A stretch of DNA of 64,000 nt from assembly GCA_013265495.1 (NCBI GenBank), contig MU057999.1, positions 372,001-436,000 of the forward strand. Reading direction: 5' to 3'. Under the pieces are notes generated by a model. The model worked only from the letters and a program-made list of their open reading frames with translations. It had not been told where the DNA came from and searched no databases. Every line of letters starts with the position of its first letter. Positions within the stretch are counted from its first letter, which is position 1. This document shows positions 39,642 to 52,628 of this stretch, piece by piece. Source of the DNA: Vicugna vicugna (lineage: Eukaryota). The position numbers were made by a program, and so were the translations under genes.

Positions 39642-40095
39642 TGTAGTGGGTTGAACTGTGTCCCATCCCCTCACCAAACATGTTCAAATCCTAACACCTA
39701 GTACCTGTGAATGTGACCAAATTAAGATGAGGTCATACCATATTAGAGTGAGCCCCAAATCCAATAATCCAATGGCTGATGTCTTGACAAGAGAAAGGAG
39801 AGCAATTTGGATATAGAGACATAGAGGGCACACAGGGAAGAAAGCTGCGTTACTATGGAAACAGAGGAGGGAATGATGCAGCCATAAACTAAGGAGTTCC
39901 AAGGATGGCTGGGAGCCACCAGAAACCAAGAAGAGACAAAGGAAGGATTCTCTTCTAGTGCCTTTGGAGGGATCATGGCCCTGCTGACACCTTGATTTCA
40001 GAGAGACTTTCAGCCTCCAGAATTGTGAAAGAGTAAATTTCTGTTGTTTTAAGCTACCCTGGTTTGTAGTGATTCGTTATGGCAGCCCCAGGAGG
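39642..40095 (+). mobile_element. MaLR LTR (MLT1C/D-like)
   Basis: TGTAGTGGGTTGAACTGTGTCCC...GGCCCTGCTGACACCTTGATTTC...AAATTTCTGTTGTTTTAAGC...TTATGGCAGCCC. Confidence 0.85.
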
Positions 40096-40455
40096 TGAAG
40101 GCGCTAGTTTGACAATTTTGCTCAGGGAATGCTGGCTGGTTGCATGGAGAAGCTGAGAAGTGGAAGAGCAGAGAAGCCATCCTTTGGGCACCTTTGCCCC
40201 GCTCTGGCTGCAGTCACCATACAGCTGGGTCACTGCTGCCCAGGGCTCAGACATATGCATCTTCCGCCCAGCCCTCCAGGGCTGGCTCCAGGTGTGCTGG
40301 CCATGATGCTCATGCTTTCTTGAAATGAAGATGTGGTGTGTGTGTGTGTGTGTCTGTGTCCACTTTTTTCTGCACAGAAAAGTAGTTTTATGACCCTTTA
40401 AATATGCTTAGAAAAGATAACAAAGTCAAAAGATGAAAAGCAAAATTACCCATAA

Positions 40456-41541
40456 TTTTTTTTATTTTTATTTTTAATTGAAGTACAATCAATTACAATG
40501 TGTCAATCTCTGGTGTATAGCACAATGTCCCAGTCATGCATATATATATATATATATATTCGTTTTCATATTTTTTTCCATTAAAGGTTATTACAAGATG
40601 CTATGAACATAATCCCTGTGCTATACAAAAGAAACTTTTTAAAAAATTAATTTTTTATATAGTGGCCAACATTTATAAATCTCAAACTCTCAAATTTATC
40701 CCCTCCCACTCCCTTTCCCCAGTAACCATAAGATTGTTTACTACTATGTCTGTGAGTTTTGTAGATGAGTTCATAGTGTCTTTTTTTTTTTTAGATTCCA
40801 CATATGAGTGATAACATACGGTATTTTTTTTTATTATGTAATATATTTAATTTAATTTTATTTTTTTAAACATTTTTTATTGATTTATAATCATTTCACA
40901 ATGTTGTGTCAAATTCCAGTGTTCAACACAATTTTTCAGTCATTCATGGACATATACACACTCATTGTCACATTTTATTTTCTGTGATTTATCATAACAT
41001 TTTGTGTATGTTTCCCTGTGCTATACAGTGTAATCTTGTTTATCTATTCTACAATTTTGAAATCCCAGTCTATCCCTTCCCACCCTCTACCCCCCTGGTA
41101 ACCACAAGTCTGTATTCTCTGTCCATGAGTCTATTTCTGTCCTGTATTTATGCTTTGTTTTTGTTTGTTTGTTTGTTTTTGCTTTTTAGATTCCACATAT
41201 GAGCGATCTCATATGGTATTTTTCTTTCTCTTTCTGGCTTACTTCACTTGGAATGACATTCTCCAGGAGAATCCATGTTCCTACAAATGGCATTATGTTG
41301 TCAGTTTTTATGGCTGAGTAGTATTCCATTGTATACATATACCACAGCTTCTTTATCCAGTCATCTGTTGATGGACATTTAGATTGTTTCTCTGTCTTGG
41401 CTATTGTATATAGGACTGCTGTGAACATTGGGGTGCATGTATCTATTTGCATTAGAGTTCCCTCTGGATATATGCCCAGAAGTGGGATTGCTGGATCATA
41501 TGGTAAGTCTATTTTTAGTTTTTTGAGGAATCTCCATACTG
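40456..41541 (-). mobile_element. Composite L1 with two tandem 3' ends inside one TSD
   Basis: Two T-rich tails (about 40456 and 40830), each followed by an L1 3' terminus; perfect TSD AAAATTACCCATAA at 40442-40455 and 41542-41555. Confidence 0.9.
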
Positions 41542-41874
41542 AAAATTACCCATAACTTTATCTTCCAGAGACAACCACAGTCAACATTGGTTTGTAAAAC
41601 CTTAGTCTTCTTGTTTATACAAATACTGACACACTATATATGTGCTGTTTTGTGTCCTGTATTTTTCACTCAATAATATGCCATGGACTTTTTCAGTGTC
41701 AATATCCGTGAGTCTATTTACTCAGCACGGATTTATTGAATCCCCCCTTTGTGTCAGACACGTGTAACAGTGCAATGATGAAAATGACTGCATTCATGGC
41801 CCCTGTCCTTGAGAAGTTTATAGCCTAGCAGGGGACACAGGCATCAAGCAAATCATTACACAACTGCATTCCTG

Positions 41875-43020
41875 ATTTTCTATTTTGCAACCACTTCAGA
41901 GTTACAGAAGCATTGCAAAAATGATGCAAGTTCTCATATACCCGTCACTCAGCTTCCCCAATATTAACATCTCCCACAACTATATTACAGTTCTGAAGGC
42001 CAAGAAATTAACATCAGCACAGTACTATTCAGTACAGACTTCCTCCTCCACATACGTATATATAAATATATATAGTTTTTTTCCCTGTTTCAAGATTTAA
42101 TCCAGTGTCTCATGTCATGTTTGCTTGTCATTTTTCGTTAATCTCCTCCAGTCTATGACAATTCTTTAGTCCTTCAAGACCCTGAGACTTTTTACAAGTA
42201 CTAATAATTGACTTTTAGAAGGTCCCTTAATTTGAATTTGTCTGATGTTTCCTTACAATTAGGTTGAAGTTATGCAATATAGGAAAGGATGTCACAGGGG
42301 TGGCATGTCCTCCTCAGTGCACAGTATCTGGAGATACATGATCACAATGTGTCCAATTACCGAGGATGTTAACCCCTTGGTCACTTAGTTAAGGTAAAAT
42401 CTGCCAGGTTTCTCCAAAGTTGCCATTTTCCTCTTTGTCGGTAACAGAAATTTGCTTGGGGGAGAGTATTTTGAGACTATGCAAATATCATGTTTCTTTT
42501 TAAACTTTTGCCCTCTAAGATTCATGTCCAGGGGTGGACCTTGCCTGCAGAAATCTGAGGTTCTAATGGTGATTTTGGATTTCCTCATTCCTTCTATATC
42601 TAGTAAGCGGAATTCTTCCTATTCTCTTTAAAAGCCAAATGAAACCTGTGAGGTGTCGGAGTTTTGGGGTTTTTTTTTTTAGGACTTTATTATTTTAAAG
42701 CAGTTTTTGGTTCACAGGAAGATTGAGGGGAAGGTACAGAGATTCCCCACATGCCCCCTGCCCCCAGCCCATGCACAGCTTCCTCACCAACAACATCCCC
42801 CACCCCAGTGGCACATTTGTTATAACTGATGAACAAATGTCAACACATCATGATCACCATAAGTCCTAAGTTCACAGTATGGCTCACTCCTGGTGTCGTA
42901 CATTCTACGGGTTTGGACAAATGTATGATGACCTCTATCCACCATGATAGTAGCATACAGGGCAGTTTCACTGCCCAAAAAATCGTCTGCATTCTGCCTT
43001 CTGATCCTTCCCCCATCCCT
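41875..43020 (-). mobile_element. Old L1M 3'-end fragments (two adjacent pieces, about 41875-42620 and 42680-43020)
   Basis: Recognisable old L1 3'UTR sequence (GTATTTTGAGACTATGCAAATATC; GGGTTTGGACAAATGTATGATGAC). Subfamily not assigned. Confidence 0.7.
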
Positions 43021-44574
43021 CCCACCTCCAGCTGTCAGTTTGTACCTGTGCGTGGCTGAATTGCAATTTATTATAGAAGCTGCTTAGCTCTCACCGGGAT
43101 GGAGGGGCATCACTGGTCCTGGTCTTGGGGGCATTTCAAGCTGGAGCTCTGGCCTGGCTCATTCTGCTGCTCTGCTTCCTGGAAGAGCAGGGCCCAAGGC
43201 CAGCTCCACAAGCACTTTGGTTGCTGAAAGGGCAGCAATACATTCTTGGTGGATTCACTGAATTGCTCTGATAAGGCTGGTATGGAGGAGATAAGGAGCT
43301 CAGGCCCGAGCCAGACTCTGGGGAGGAGCTCCCAGCCCTCGGGGAGGGCAGGAGCCGGGGTCCCACTTTAGAGCTGGCAGGCAGTGCCCATCACCCCAAC
43401 TCTCTGGCCACACCCAGCTTTCTCCCAGCGGTGCCCCCTCGCGCCACTGCCTTGGCGTTGTGCCTGGACTGTTCCTACCGTGTCAAGAGGCAGCCTGACA
43501 CATGGTGGGGGAGGGCGGGGCGAAAGGAAGGGGCAGCGCTCCTTTCCCCTAAAGCTCCAACTCAGAGAGACAAGAGAAAGCTTTCTTTCCTGCTTGTCGG
43601 GAAGAAGGCTTCATCCGTGTCCAGGTTAGAGGTGAGGGCGAAACCCTGATACCTGCTCTTGGTTGAGGGGCAGGTTGCCTCATGCTTTCAGGGGCTTGGA
43701 TTGTTCCAAATGGCCCCTACCAAGGGATTTTTAAAGTTATGAACAAAATAAAGCTACCAGAGAACCTGGCTGTCAGTGGACTTCCTTCTAGAATCATTTT
43801 AAAATTAATATAAATGACCATGAAAAGAATAATGTCCTCATTTACCAAGGCAAATTCTATGCCAGAGGCTGTTCATACATTATCTCATGTAACCCCCCGG
43901 CCAGCTCCCAGAGGTCCAGATTAATAGCCCTGTTTTCAGGATGAGCTTAAAAACCTACTCAGAAGTTGTATTAAGGCCAGGCTTGTAAGTAGTGACAGAC
44001 TTGGCTGCCACAGCATCCAGAAATTCACGCTCGGACCACAGCGGACAAGACCCTGCTGTGCGCAGCACACGCACTCGTCCGTCTCGTGTTTGTTCTCAGA
44101 GGCCCTAGAGCTTACGTCACCACCCTGGGACCTTGCCATGCTTCCCTGGCTGCCGGGAGCTGTCTGTGGTGGGGAGATGCCAAGTCCCCAAAAGCTTCTG
44201 CCTCCTGAGTCTGGGCCCCCAAGGTGAGGTACCCCTGACGGGTGGACTGAGCCGCCCAACGTCCCCTTCCCTGGGAAAGGCTTCATTGTAAGTTTGGTTT
44301 TTTCATAGTCTCCCCGCCTCTGTGCTTGACAAGGATCACGCATCCTCATATATTTGTGACAATGTAACGGTCACTATTTCTAACATGAGCTCTTTGCAGG
44401 CTCATGGGATCCTGTGTTTCCCAGATTCATTTTTTCATTCATTTCTTGGGGCTCAGTGAGCCCTCACTGCACCTGGCACTGCTAGAAGGACTGGGAACCC
44501 AGCAATGATGTGGCCCCAGCTTTCCCAAGCTTATATTCCTGTGGGAAAAATCCTCAAGGAATTGCTAGCAGAAT

Positions 44575-45050
44575 TAATCCCTACAAAAAAGATTATATAC
44601 CATGGTCAAGTGGGATTTATCCCAGGAATGTAAGCTTTGTGTAACATCTAGAAACTAATATAATTCTCCCATTGGTTTAATGACAAAAAGCACATGATCA
44701 CAGAAAACACATTTGATAAAATCTAACACTGTTTCATGATAAAAGCACTCAACAAACCAAGAACAGAAAAGAACCTCCTAAACTTGATAAAGGGCGTCTA
44801 CAAATAACTTATATTTAATGGTAAAAAATAAATGCTTTTCCCCTAGGTGCAAGGAAAGGATATCTGCTATCATTGCTTCTATTCAGTATTGTACTAGAAG
44901 TTGTAGCCAGAGCAGTTAGGCAAGAAAATTAAACACAAGTTAGCCAGATTAGAAAGGGAAAAGTAAAACAATCTCTATGTATAGATGACATAATCTTGTA
45001 TATAAAAAATCCCAAGGAATTCACTGAAAAACTAACAAACAGTAATCAGT
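44575..45050 (+). mobile_element. Old L1 ORF2 reverse-transcriptase fragment, degenerate
   Basis: AAAAGATTATATACCATGGTCAAGTGGGATTTATCCCAGGAATG corresponds to KRIIHHDQVGFIPGM; a later segment resembles the YADD region; many stops and frameshifts. Confidence 0.82.
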
Positions 45051-46672
45051 TATTATACACAGCAAGGGCGCTTGCCCCTGACACATGCTCCCTATGCTGC
45101 ATCGATCTAACAAAGGACCGGAATAAAAGGTAACACCTATTTAACACCTGCCACCCATGACGGCTGGGTTTTCCCCAAGTGTATTTCAGTCGACCTTGGG
45201 TCCCGGCATGTCGGCCAGCACTTCTCGTCATGGTGACCTACTTGTCAGGAATGCACACGGCTGTCTGTCCCTGGCCTTGAGTCAGCTCCCGGGGAGCTCT
45301 GACATACTCCTGCCCAAACCTGACCCCGCCCCAGCCTTGCCCTCTCGAAGATCTAGGGGTGAGGGGACTAGCCCGCTACCTGCTCCTGTGAGGCTGTGTT
45401 GGCAGGGCCACCTGAATGCATGAGTGTACTTTGTCCCATCCGTCTGTCTGCCGCTCGCTGCAGACACCGGGTGTTTGCTCCTGGTAGAAACTCTCTTGGG
45501 GAAGAGTGAGTGTGTGTGCAAGGAGCATGTGTACATTTCTGTGTGAGTGTGTCTGTGTGTGTGTGTGTGTTTAAAAGTGTGCGTGCCTACTTTAGAGTAC
45601 GTGAAGGTTTATGCTGGATGTTTGTGGGCAGATGTGCACGTGGCCAAGCCCGTGAGTGTATTTCAAGTCTTGGGGTACGTGTGGTGTGGAAGTGTGTGTA
45701 TGTGACTGGACTTGCACTTGCAGGTGTGAAAATGTAGGCAGCAAGAGAAGGGAATAGCCACGTGTCCACTGTGCCGTGTACCCTGGGCTCAGATGCAGAA
45801 ACAACTCAGATGGAACCTTCCTTGTAGTCATGGCCCTGCAGCGGTGTGGACACAGGGATGGGGGTCAAGCCACCTCCAGGGCTGGAAGCACCTCTTCTGT
45901 TCAGGGCTGAAGGTAGATGCACTGAGCTTGGCAAACAATGTCTTTTTACCAAGAGAATGGCCGGTATTTGGTGTTCTGGGTGACTGTGGTGGGTGTTGAA
46001 AGCTGGCTAGAATGGAAGAAGGTTCTAAAAAGAAGGAGGAGACCCTTTTCAGGGAAACTGTGTTGCCATCAGGATCACAGTGGCTCCAGGGAGGCCCTGC
46101 CTGGGCTGCGGATGGATGCTCAGAGGGGATGTGGATCACCCCAGGCCCATGCCGGGAAGAAGCCACATTGGGCAGCTGCAGGCACTGCAGGATTCAAGGA
46201 GGGTGTCCTTGGAGATCCCTATTTCTTCCCCCTTTACAGTGCTCCCTCACTTCCTGCCCCCTGCCCCGACCAAAGTCCAAGTTTGTAAAACTCTCCTTTT
46301 CTTAACACTTCTGTCTGGATTCTTTCTTCAGATACATGCATGGCTCTTTCCTTTACCTGCTTCAAATCTTGGCTCAAATGTCACCTTCTCAATAACCACC
46401 TCTCGAGAATTGCAACCCTCTGTCACCCTTCACCTCACTTTTCAACTCTTCATCTCTCTGGCCCTCTTCCATTTTCCCCAGAGCTCTCATCACCTTCTCA
46501 CACAGTGTGGTCCGGCCCCACGAGAGGATATGAGCACAGAAACTGAGTGTAAGCAGATGGAAACTTCTGTACTTCAAAATCTACAGCAATTTGACTTTGT
46601 CCAGAAATCCAAATGCAGATTGGAGAAAAAATAAACTGGCCTTTTGCCACAGGCGGTATAAGAATCCTTGTT

Positions 46673-47302
46673 GTATGCAGCCTCTATGGAGGACGGTATG
46701 GAGGTTCGTTAATAAACTAAAAATAATCCACTCCTGGGCATATATCTGGAGGAAAAATATAATTCGAAAAGACACACGCACCCCAATGTTCACAGTAGCA
46801 CTATTTACAATAGCCAAGGCATGGAAACAACCTAAATGTCTGTAGACAGATGACTGGATAAGGAAGTGTGATATAGTTATATGATGAAATACTACTCAGC
46901 CATAAAAAAGAATAACATAATGCCATTTGCAGCAACATGGACAAATCTGGAAATCATCATTCTAAACGAAGTAAGCCAGAAAGAGAAAGGAAAATGCCAT
47001 AGATATGACTTATATGCAGAATTTTTTTTTAAAAAAGACAAATGAACTTCTTTACAAAACAGAAACAGACTCACAGACATACAGAACAAACTTATGGTTA
47101 CCAGGGAGTAAAGGAGATGGGAAGGGATAAATTGGGAGTTTGAGGTTTGCCCTTCATGGGGAGTGATGGAAATGTTAGGTATCTCAATCGTGGTGGTGGT
47201 TGCATGGGTGTAGACATCTATCAAAATTCATCAAATTGTACATCTGAAATATGTGTAGTTTACTGTACAGAAATCATACCACGATAAACTTGTTTTTTAA
47301 AA
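46673..47302 (+). mobile_element. 5'-truncated L1 (ORF2 C-terminus and variant 3' end)
   Basis: Translates to TPMFTVALFTIAKAWKQPKC (L1 ORF2 C-terminus); imperfect TSD AAGAATCCTTGTT / AAGAATCATTATT. Confidence 0.9.
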
Positions 47303-50300
47303 AAGAATCATTATTCTAACACAGTGTATAAAATTTATTCAGTTTCCTGTCTGTCTTCCCCCCATCCCATTGCTGTTTGAATGCAAGCTCCACAGGGTAG
47401 GGATTTATCTGCTTTATTCCCAAGTTCTCCCCAGGACCTCGAATAGTGTCTGGTGCATAGAAGGGCTTCATGGATATTTGTCGACTGGGCGAGTGCGGCA
47501 GAGATGGTCTGAGAGGCTGAAGCATCTCCAGCTGGACACGGGGTTGGGGGTTGGGGGTTGGGGTTGGGGGGCCACAGAAGCTCCCGGCCCCCAATCCCTG
47601 TCCGGCTGTGAGCACAGTGCTCTGGGTCTGAACCCTCATGAGTTGTTCTTGGGACTCAAGTATCATAGGGCATGGCTGGGAACTGTTGTCCTGATAAAAA
47701 AAGAGTTCCATTCAGCCCCTTCCCCTGATGCTGGCCTGTTCCCAAAGGGCGCCCAGAGCTGGCAGGGCCGGGCAGGAGCAGCTCTCTTGGAGGTGGAGGG
47801 AATTTGGTTCTGCCAGCTGTTCCCACGGCTGGGCTGGCCAGGGCCCACGTGGCCTGCAGCGCCCAGGCCTGCCTCACGGGCCAGTCATCCGGCAGGGCTG
47901 GTTCTGGGCTCACACACCCACGGTCGCCTGCTCAACTACTCCCTTCCACCTCGGCCCAAGCCCTCCAGCTCAACTTCTCCTTCTCTGACCCCAAGAATCT
48001 ACCCACAGACTCTACCCACAGACTCTGTTTCTTCATCCCCTAGCTCCAGAATGGTGGGGGTCTGGCCAAGGAGAAGGGGGCATGGTAGACCCTCTGCCAA
48101 AACATCGTAAGGGACTACTGTCCAGGAAGTGTTCAGGGCCATCTGTGACTCCAGCAGGGGACACGAGGAACCTCTGCATAATTGAAAATATCAGCTATAT
48201 CTCCTTACCTGCTCCCTTTCAACCAGCAGGACCACAGACTAGTATCTGCTAACAAGAGTCCCTCCATCTGCAAGCCTCACCTCCTCCTCCTTCTGGTCCT
48301 GGGACAAATTAAAGGAAGCTGTGGAGGGGAGGCTACAGGAGGAAGTGATGTTTAAGCTGGGTTTTGATGGATGACTTTTGAATTAAACAAGTCAAGAGAG
48401 GAGAAGAGAGATGAGACAGAGAAAAGGAATAGCATGTGCAAAGGCCCAGGGGTGAGAGACCACAGTGCACTCAGAACCATCCATCTGTTGTTTGTTTGGC
48501 TGAGTGGGCATGGGAAGGTGGTGGTATTCTGAGCCAGGCAAGTGGATGGGCCAGTTCTTGTCAAAAATACTCATTTAGTCATTTAGTGTGCCCCTGTGCT
48601 TGGCTCAGGATGGGGTATAAAATTAAAAGTGATGGGAGGGACATAAAGGTGTTTGGACACAAATTTACTTTATCCATCACTGTGCCCTCCATGCCTGCCA
48701 CAGTGCTGGGAACATGGCAGGCAATCAATAAACATCCATAACATGAATGAATGAGTGAATGAATGAATGTGTGGAGAGAAGGCCAGGCCACTTACAGAGA
48801 GATAGGATGAAGTAAAGAGAAGCCAGTTCTCTTGCTGAGGCAGAGAACCAAAGCCTTGGAGAAAAGTCTCTGGGAAAGAGGACTGTTTTCCTTTATGTTA
48901 AATTAGGGAAGGTTACCGTCGTTCTCAGGGCAAACTCGAGCCATGCCTTGTGCTGTTAGTCACTCCACAATTGTGATTTGGGTATTTTTGCTGATGATGT
49001 AACACGCTATGAGAATTTCCACGCGCATCGCGTTGAGCAAGCACTGGCTGCCGAGGAGAGAGGGGGCAGAGCCTCCTGGAGCTGGAAAAGAAGGCCAAAT
49101 TGATGCAAGAAGAGGCAGACCAGTGCAGGGAATTGTCCACGTTGTTGCCCAACCACACCTGGAATGTGCCCCAGGTAGGAGCCTTTGGACTCGCAAGAGA
49201 CATTTATCTGAGAACAGCTTGTGACATTTGGCTAGCTCAGAATCGAAAGCGGACGGACAGGCCCTGCCACCATCGAGTGGCCTGGCTCTCCAAGGGCACC
49301 CGGAGAGCTGACTGCCAGATGCCTGTGTGTCCCCACCCTCACCCCATGGCCTCACCAAACTCTGGCTGGGGGCTAGAGCTCTGCTTGGTGGGTGAGAGCA
49401 GAGGGCAGACAGCCTTGTGCCCCAGGTTGGAGCATAACTGCAGCCTCATTGACCCCCTCCCCCCGCTCCAGGCCTCATCTGGGACAAGGATGCACCCGAG
49501 TCATAGCATCTCCCAGAGCTTCATTCTTCTGGGGAGAAACGGTGCCCCATTAATGCCCAGATGCAGCCTGACCAGGAGATTAATGAAGCTCGTGTCTCAA
49601 GAAGCTCCCTTGAATGAGCCCCTTCCAAGACTCTAGACCTCGTTTTGTATTTGCCTTTTGCATTCTTCTCCTTAAAGAGGGTCCCCTCAAATTAGAGAAA
49701 CTTCAGCTCCCACAAAATTGAGCCCACCGCTGCCAGTGCTCCTCGACTCTGAAGAACCTTGAGCAGACAGTGGGTGCCTGGGGGCTCAGGGCTGACGGGC
49801 CTTCTTCCCAAACCTCCGGCCGGGGCCCCTGCCTGGCAGCCTGGGGGTCAGATGGTGGGGAGCTCCAGCTCAGAGCGGGCAGCGTCCTCTCCACAGCCCA
49901 GGGGAGGTGTGCGGAGCTGCCGGCTGGCCCGTTGGAAGGAGGCTGTCAGCCCTAGAAAGATCAAAGTGTCCTCTTGAGAAGAAGGAGCCGACAAGTGTGA
50001 ATACGCCAGATCAAATAGCACTTCTAATTATGTCCATGTGGACCACTGGCGGGACACTGGCAGATGACCCTTCGTTGACCGCTGGTTTAAAATGGGTGCT
50101 GTGATATAAAATATCCTGAACTGTATACTTTAGAAGGGTGGATTTTATAGTATGTGAATTATGTCTCAATGAAAAAAAAACAAGTGCTGAGCGCGTGGGT
50201 GCTGTGGGGCTTTCCCCCTGGGTTGGACCCCGGCCTGGCGGGCCCACGAAGGCGCTGCGTGGTGCTGGGGCTTCTGGGCCCTCGAGCTGTCAGTCACGCC

Positions 50301-50525
50301 CAGAGACCACTGTGCTGGGCCCACCTCGTCCTAGCCGGGTCCTCACCGAGCTAGGAGACAAGACGGTGGCAACTGCAAACGAGGTTTCTGTCCAGCTGGG
50401 GTTCCCCGAGCCAGTGGAGGGCCTTTAGCTGTTTCTGGGAGACTGGACCCCAATCTGCTGCCCCCGTCTTGGCACATTCGCCAAGCCCGCTGAGCCTGAC
50501 ACCTGCTCTGCTTGGGCCAGGAGAA

Positions 50526-50538
50526 GTTAATGATTAAC
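50526..50538. promoter_or_regulatory. Perfect HNF1-type palindrome
   Basis: GTTAATGATTAAC matches the consensus GTTAATNATTAAC exactly. Confidence 0.45.
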
Positions 50539-52589
50539 CCGGAGGTGAGAGGGGAGAGAGCAGAAAGCACTGGAGGCGCGCCCGCTGGTTGAACTTCCCA
50601 CCCTCGGGGGGGTGGCGGGGAGGGGAGGAGCAGGCAGAGCTGGACTGTCCCTCACAGAGGAACCGGGCCTCCAAGGGCCCAGCAGAGCCACCTGTGGGAC
50701 CCGGGGACCTGCCCCCTCATCACGGGTGACCCCAGGCACACAGGCAAACACGCCCCTCCTCAGGGCCAGCCCAACCACACAAGACCTGCCGCTCACCAGT
50801 TCCTGAGCTTCGTTAGGCTGAATTTCAAAGGCCACTGAGAAGACTGCTCAGCCCGTGAAGACTCCTCACACCCACTGGTGACTCTGTGGCTGGAGAGCCC
50901 CATTGTCCTGCAAGGGTCCCAGCTAGAAGGTGTCCGTGCCCTCCCGCCTTTCTCTGGGGTGCATGCTCAGGCACACGCTTGCACAGACGCATGCACAAAT
51001 ACACATGTACAGACATGTGCTGGGCACACTGGTTTCTTCACCCCCACCCCGCTCTGAGCCAAGGAAATATTACAGTGACTCTTGACAGTGACTCCTGCAA
51101 GAGGCACAGATGCTTTGAAAGCCCCTGGCCAAGGTGCTGGGGTTGGAATGGTGCCCTTGTAAGGCCTTATTGCATGGGTTCGAGCTGCCCTCTGTGTCTC
51201 TTTTAAGGGGCAAGTGGAGGTGAACAGAAACTTCTTTGCTAGACAGCTCTTTGGAACACCATTTTGTCTGGACACCATGTCTTAGCATGGTGGGCTGGTG
51301 TGGCCAAGGTAAGCAGGTGGGAACAGGAACTCTGCTGTTCAGGCCACCTCCGAGGACCGGCCTGCATCCTAGGAGGGCAACCTATCCACATGCCACACAG
51401 CAAATCCCAGGACGGGGCCTGGTAGGAGGAAGAGAGGCACAATGGTGCCCAGTGGGTGGGAAGTGGGCAGAGAGAGCTGGGATGGAGGCATGGCCACAGG
51501 GTGCATCATGCTGGGCAGGGAATCCTGCATGGAGACCTCCCCATCCTCATCCTGGAGGGCCCGTGGCCATCTGCAATGTGGCCAAAAAGTCCTTGAATGT
51601 TTCAAATTCCCCTACCTGCTTGGCTCAGCTCCTGTGGGCAGACAGGTGGACCAGCTCAGGAAGCCGTCCTCTAGGGTCCTACGGGGCTACTCATCCACAT
51701 GGCCGCTGTGCCCCGACACCTGCCCTGAGAATACTTCCCTCACGGCCACAGGGGTGGCTGTTCCCATCACGTGCCCACCAGGCATGTGACCACCAGGTGG
51801 TCAGCCTGGTGGTCAGCCTCTACTGCCAGCCCACATCTGGATGGGGAACCTCGGGGTGCCGAATGGCCCGTGGAGGCAGGGGCTTTGTTTTGTCCTCTAG
51901 AGGACACCTGAAATTGGGAAGGGTTTGCTCTTTTGTGCATTGGAATGATTTGTTTTCCTGGGCCTCGGGCAAGTGCCAACTCCAGGGAAGGAGGCGGTAC
52001 CCAAGATCGTGCCACACACATGAACACCCTCTCCCCGCGTCCCAGCGTGGTGTCCGGTCTCTCAGATGGTCCAGGACAAGGACTCCCTGTGCTGGGCAGG
52101 GGGAAGGGAGGATAAAGCCACCTTTGGACACCTACTATAGGGTAACCACAGCATGTGGCCGACAAAGCCAGTTATGACAAAGCTACCTGGGGAGGCCCCC
52201 CATCTGCCGGCCCCTCCCAGACTGAAAGAAAAATGTAAAAGTGGGAAGAAAGCCAACCACATCCTCACTCCAACTCTCCTTAATGCAGCCTCACAAAATT
52301 CCCAGGACTGGTCATGGATCTTGAAGAGATTACACTTGTGTACCCTCCTAGCCTTGCAAATAAGGACGGATCTGCTTCACCCACGGGCTTCCTACAATCA
52401 GAAAATGGAAAGCGGCACTCTTCATGGCAGTGACCCTGAGCTGGCTGTACACGGATATGCTCCAGCCAGTGTCTAAGAACCAAAGCGCACCGATCATGGG
52501 GTGGGCAAGTAGAGGTCCAGCTCAGTGCCACAAGCGGTCAGGGACTACGACATGGGTGGCCCCCCAAAGTCCTTACCCGCCCTCTCACC

Positions 52590-52628
52590 GATGAAAAGAC
52601 ACCACTTTTAATTAAAAAAAAATTTAAT
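52590..52628 (-). terminator. AMOTL2 polyadenylation signal(s) and downstream GU-rich element
   Basis: Minus-strand ATTAAA at 52628-52623 and at 52612-52607, followed by GTGGTGTCTTTT (GU/U-rich). Confidence 0.75.

Noticed and set aside
41186..41452. ORFs with L1 ORF2 C-terminal similarity (also 46591-46845)
   Set aside because: Fragments of 5'-truncated L1 insertions, not host genes.
51236..52177. Longest ORF in the track (313 aa, +)
   Set aside because: Non-ATG start, GC-driven Pro/Gly/Arg/Trp composition, no recognisable domain and no splice context; a chance ORF.
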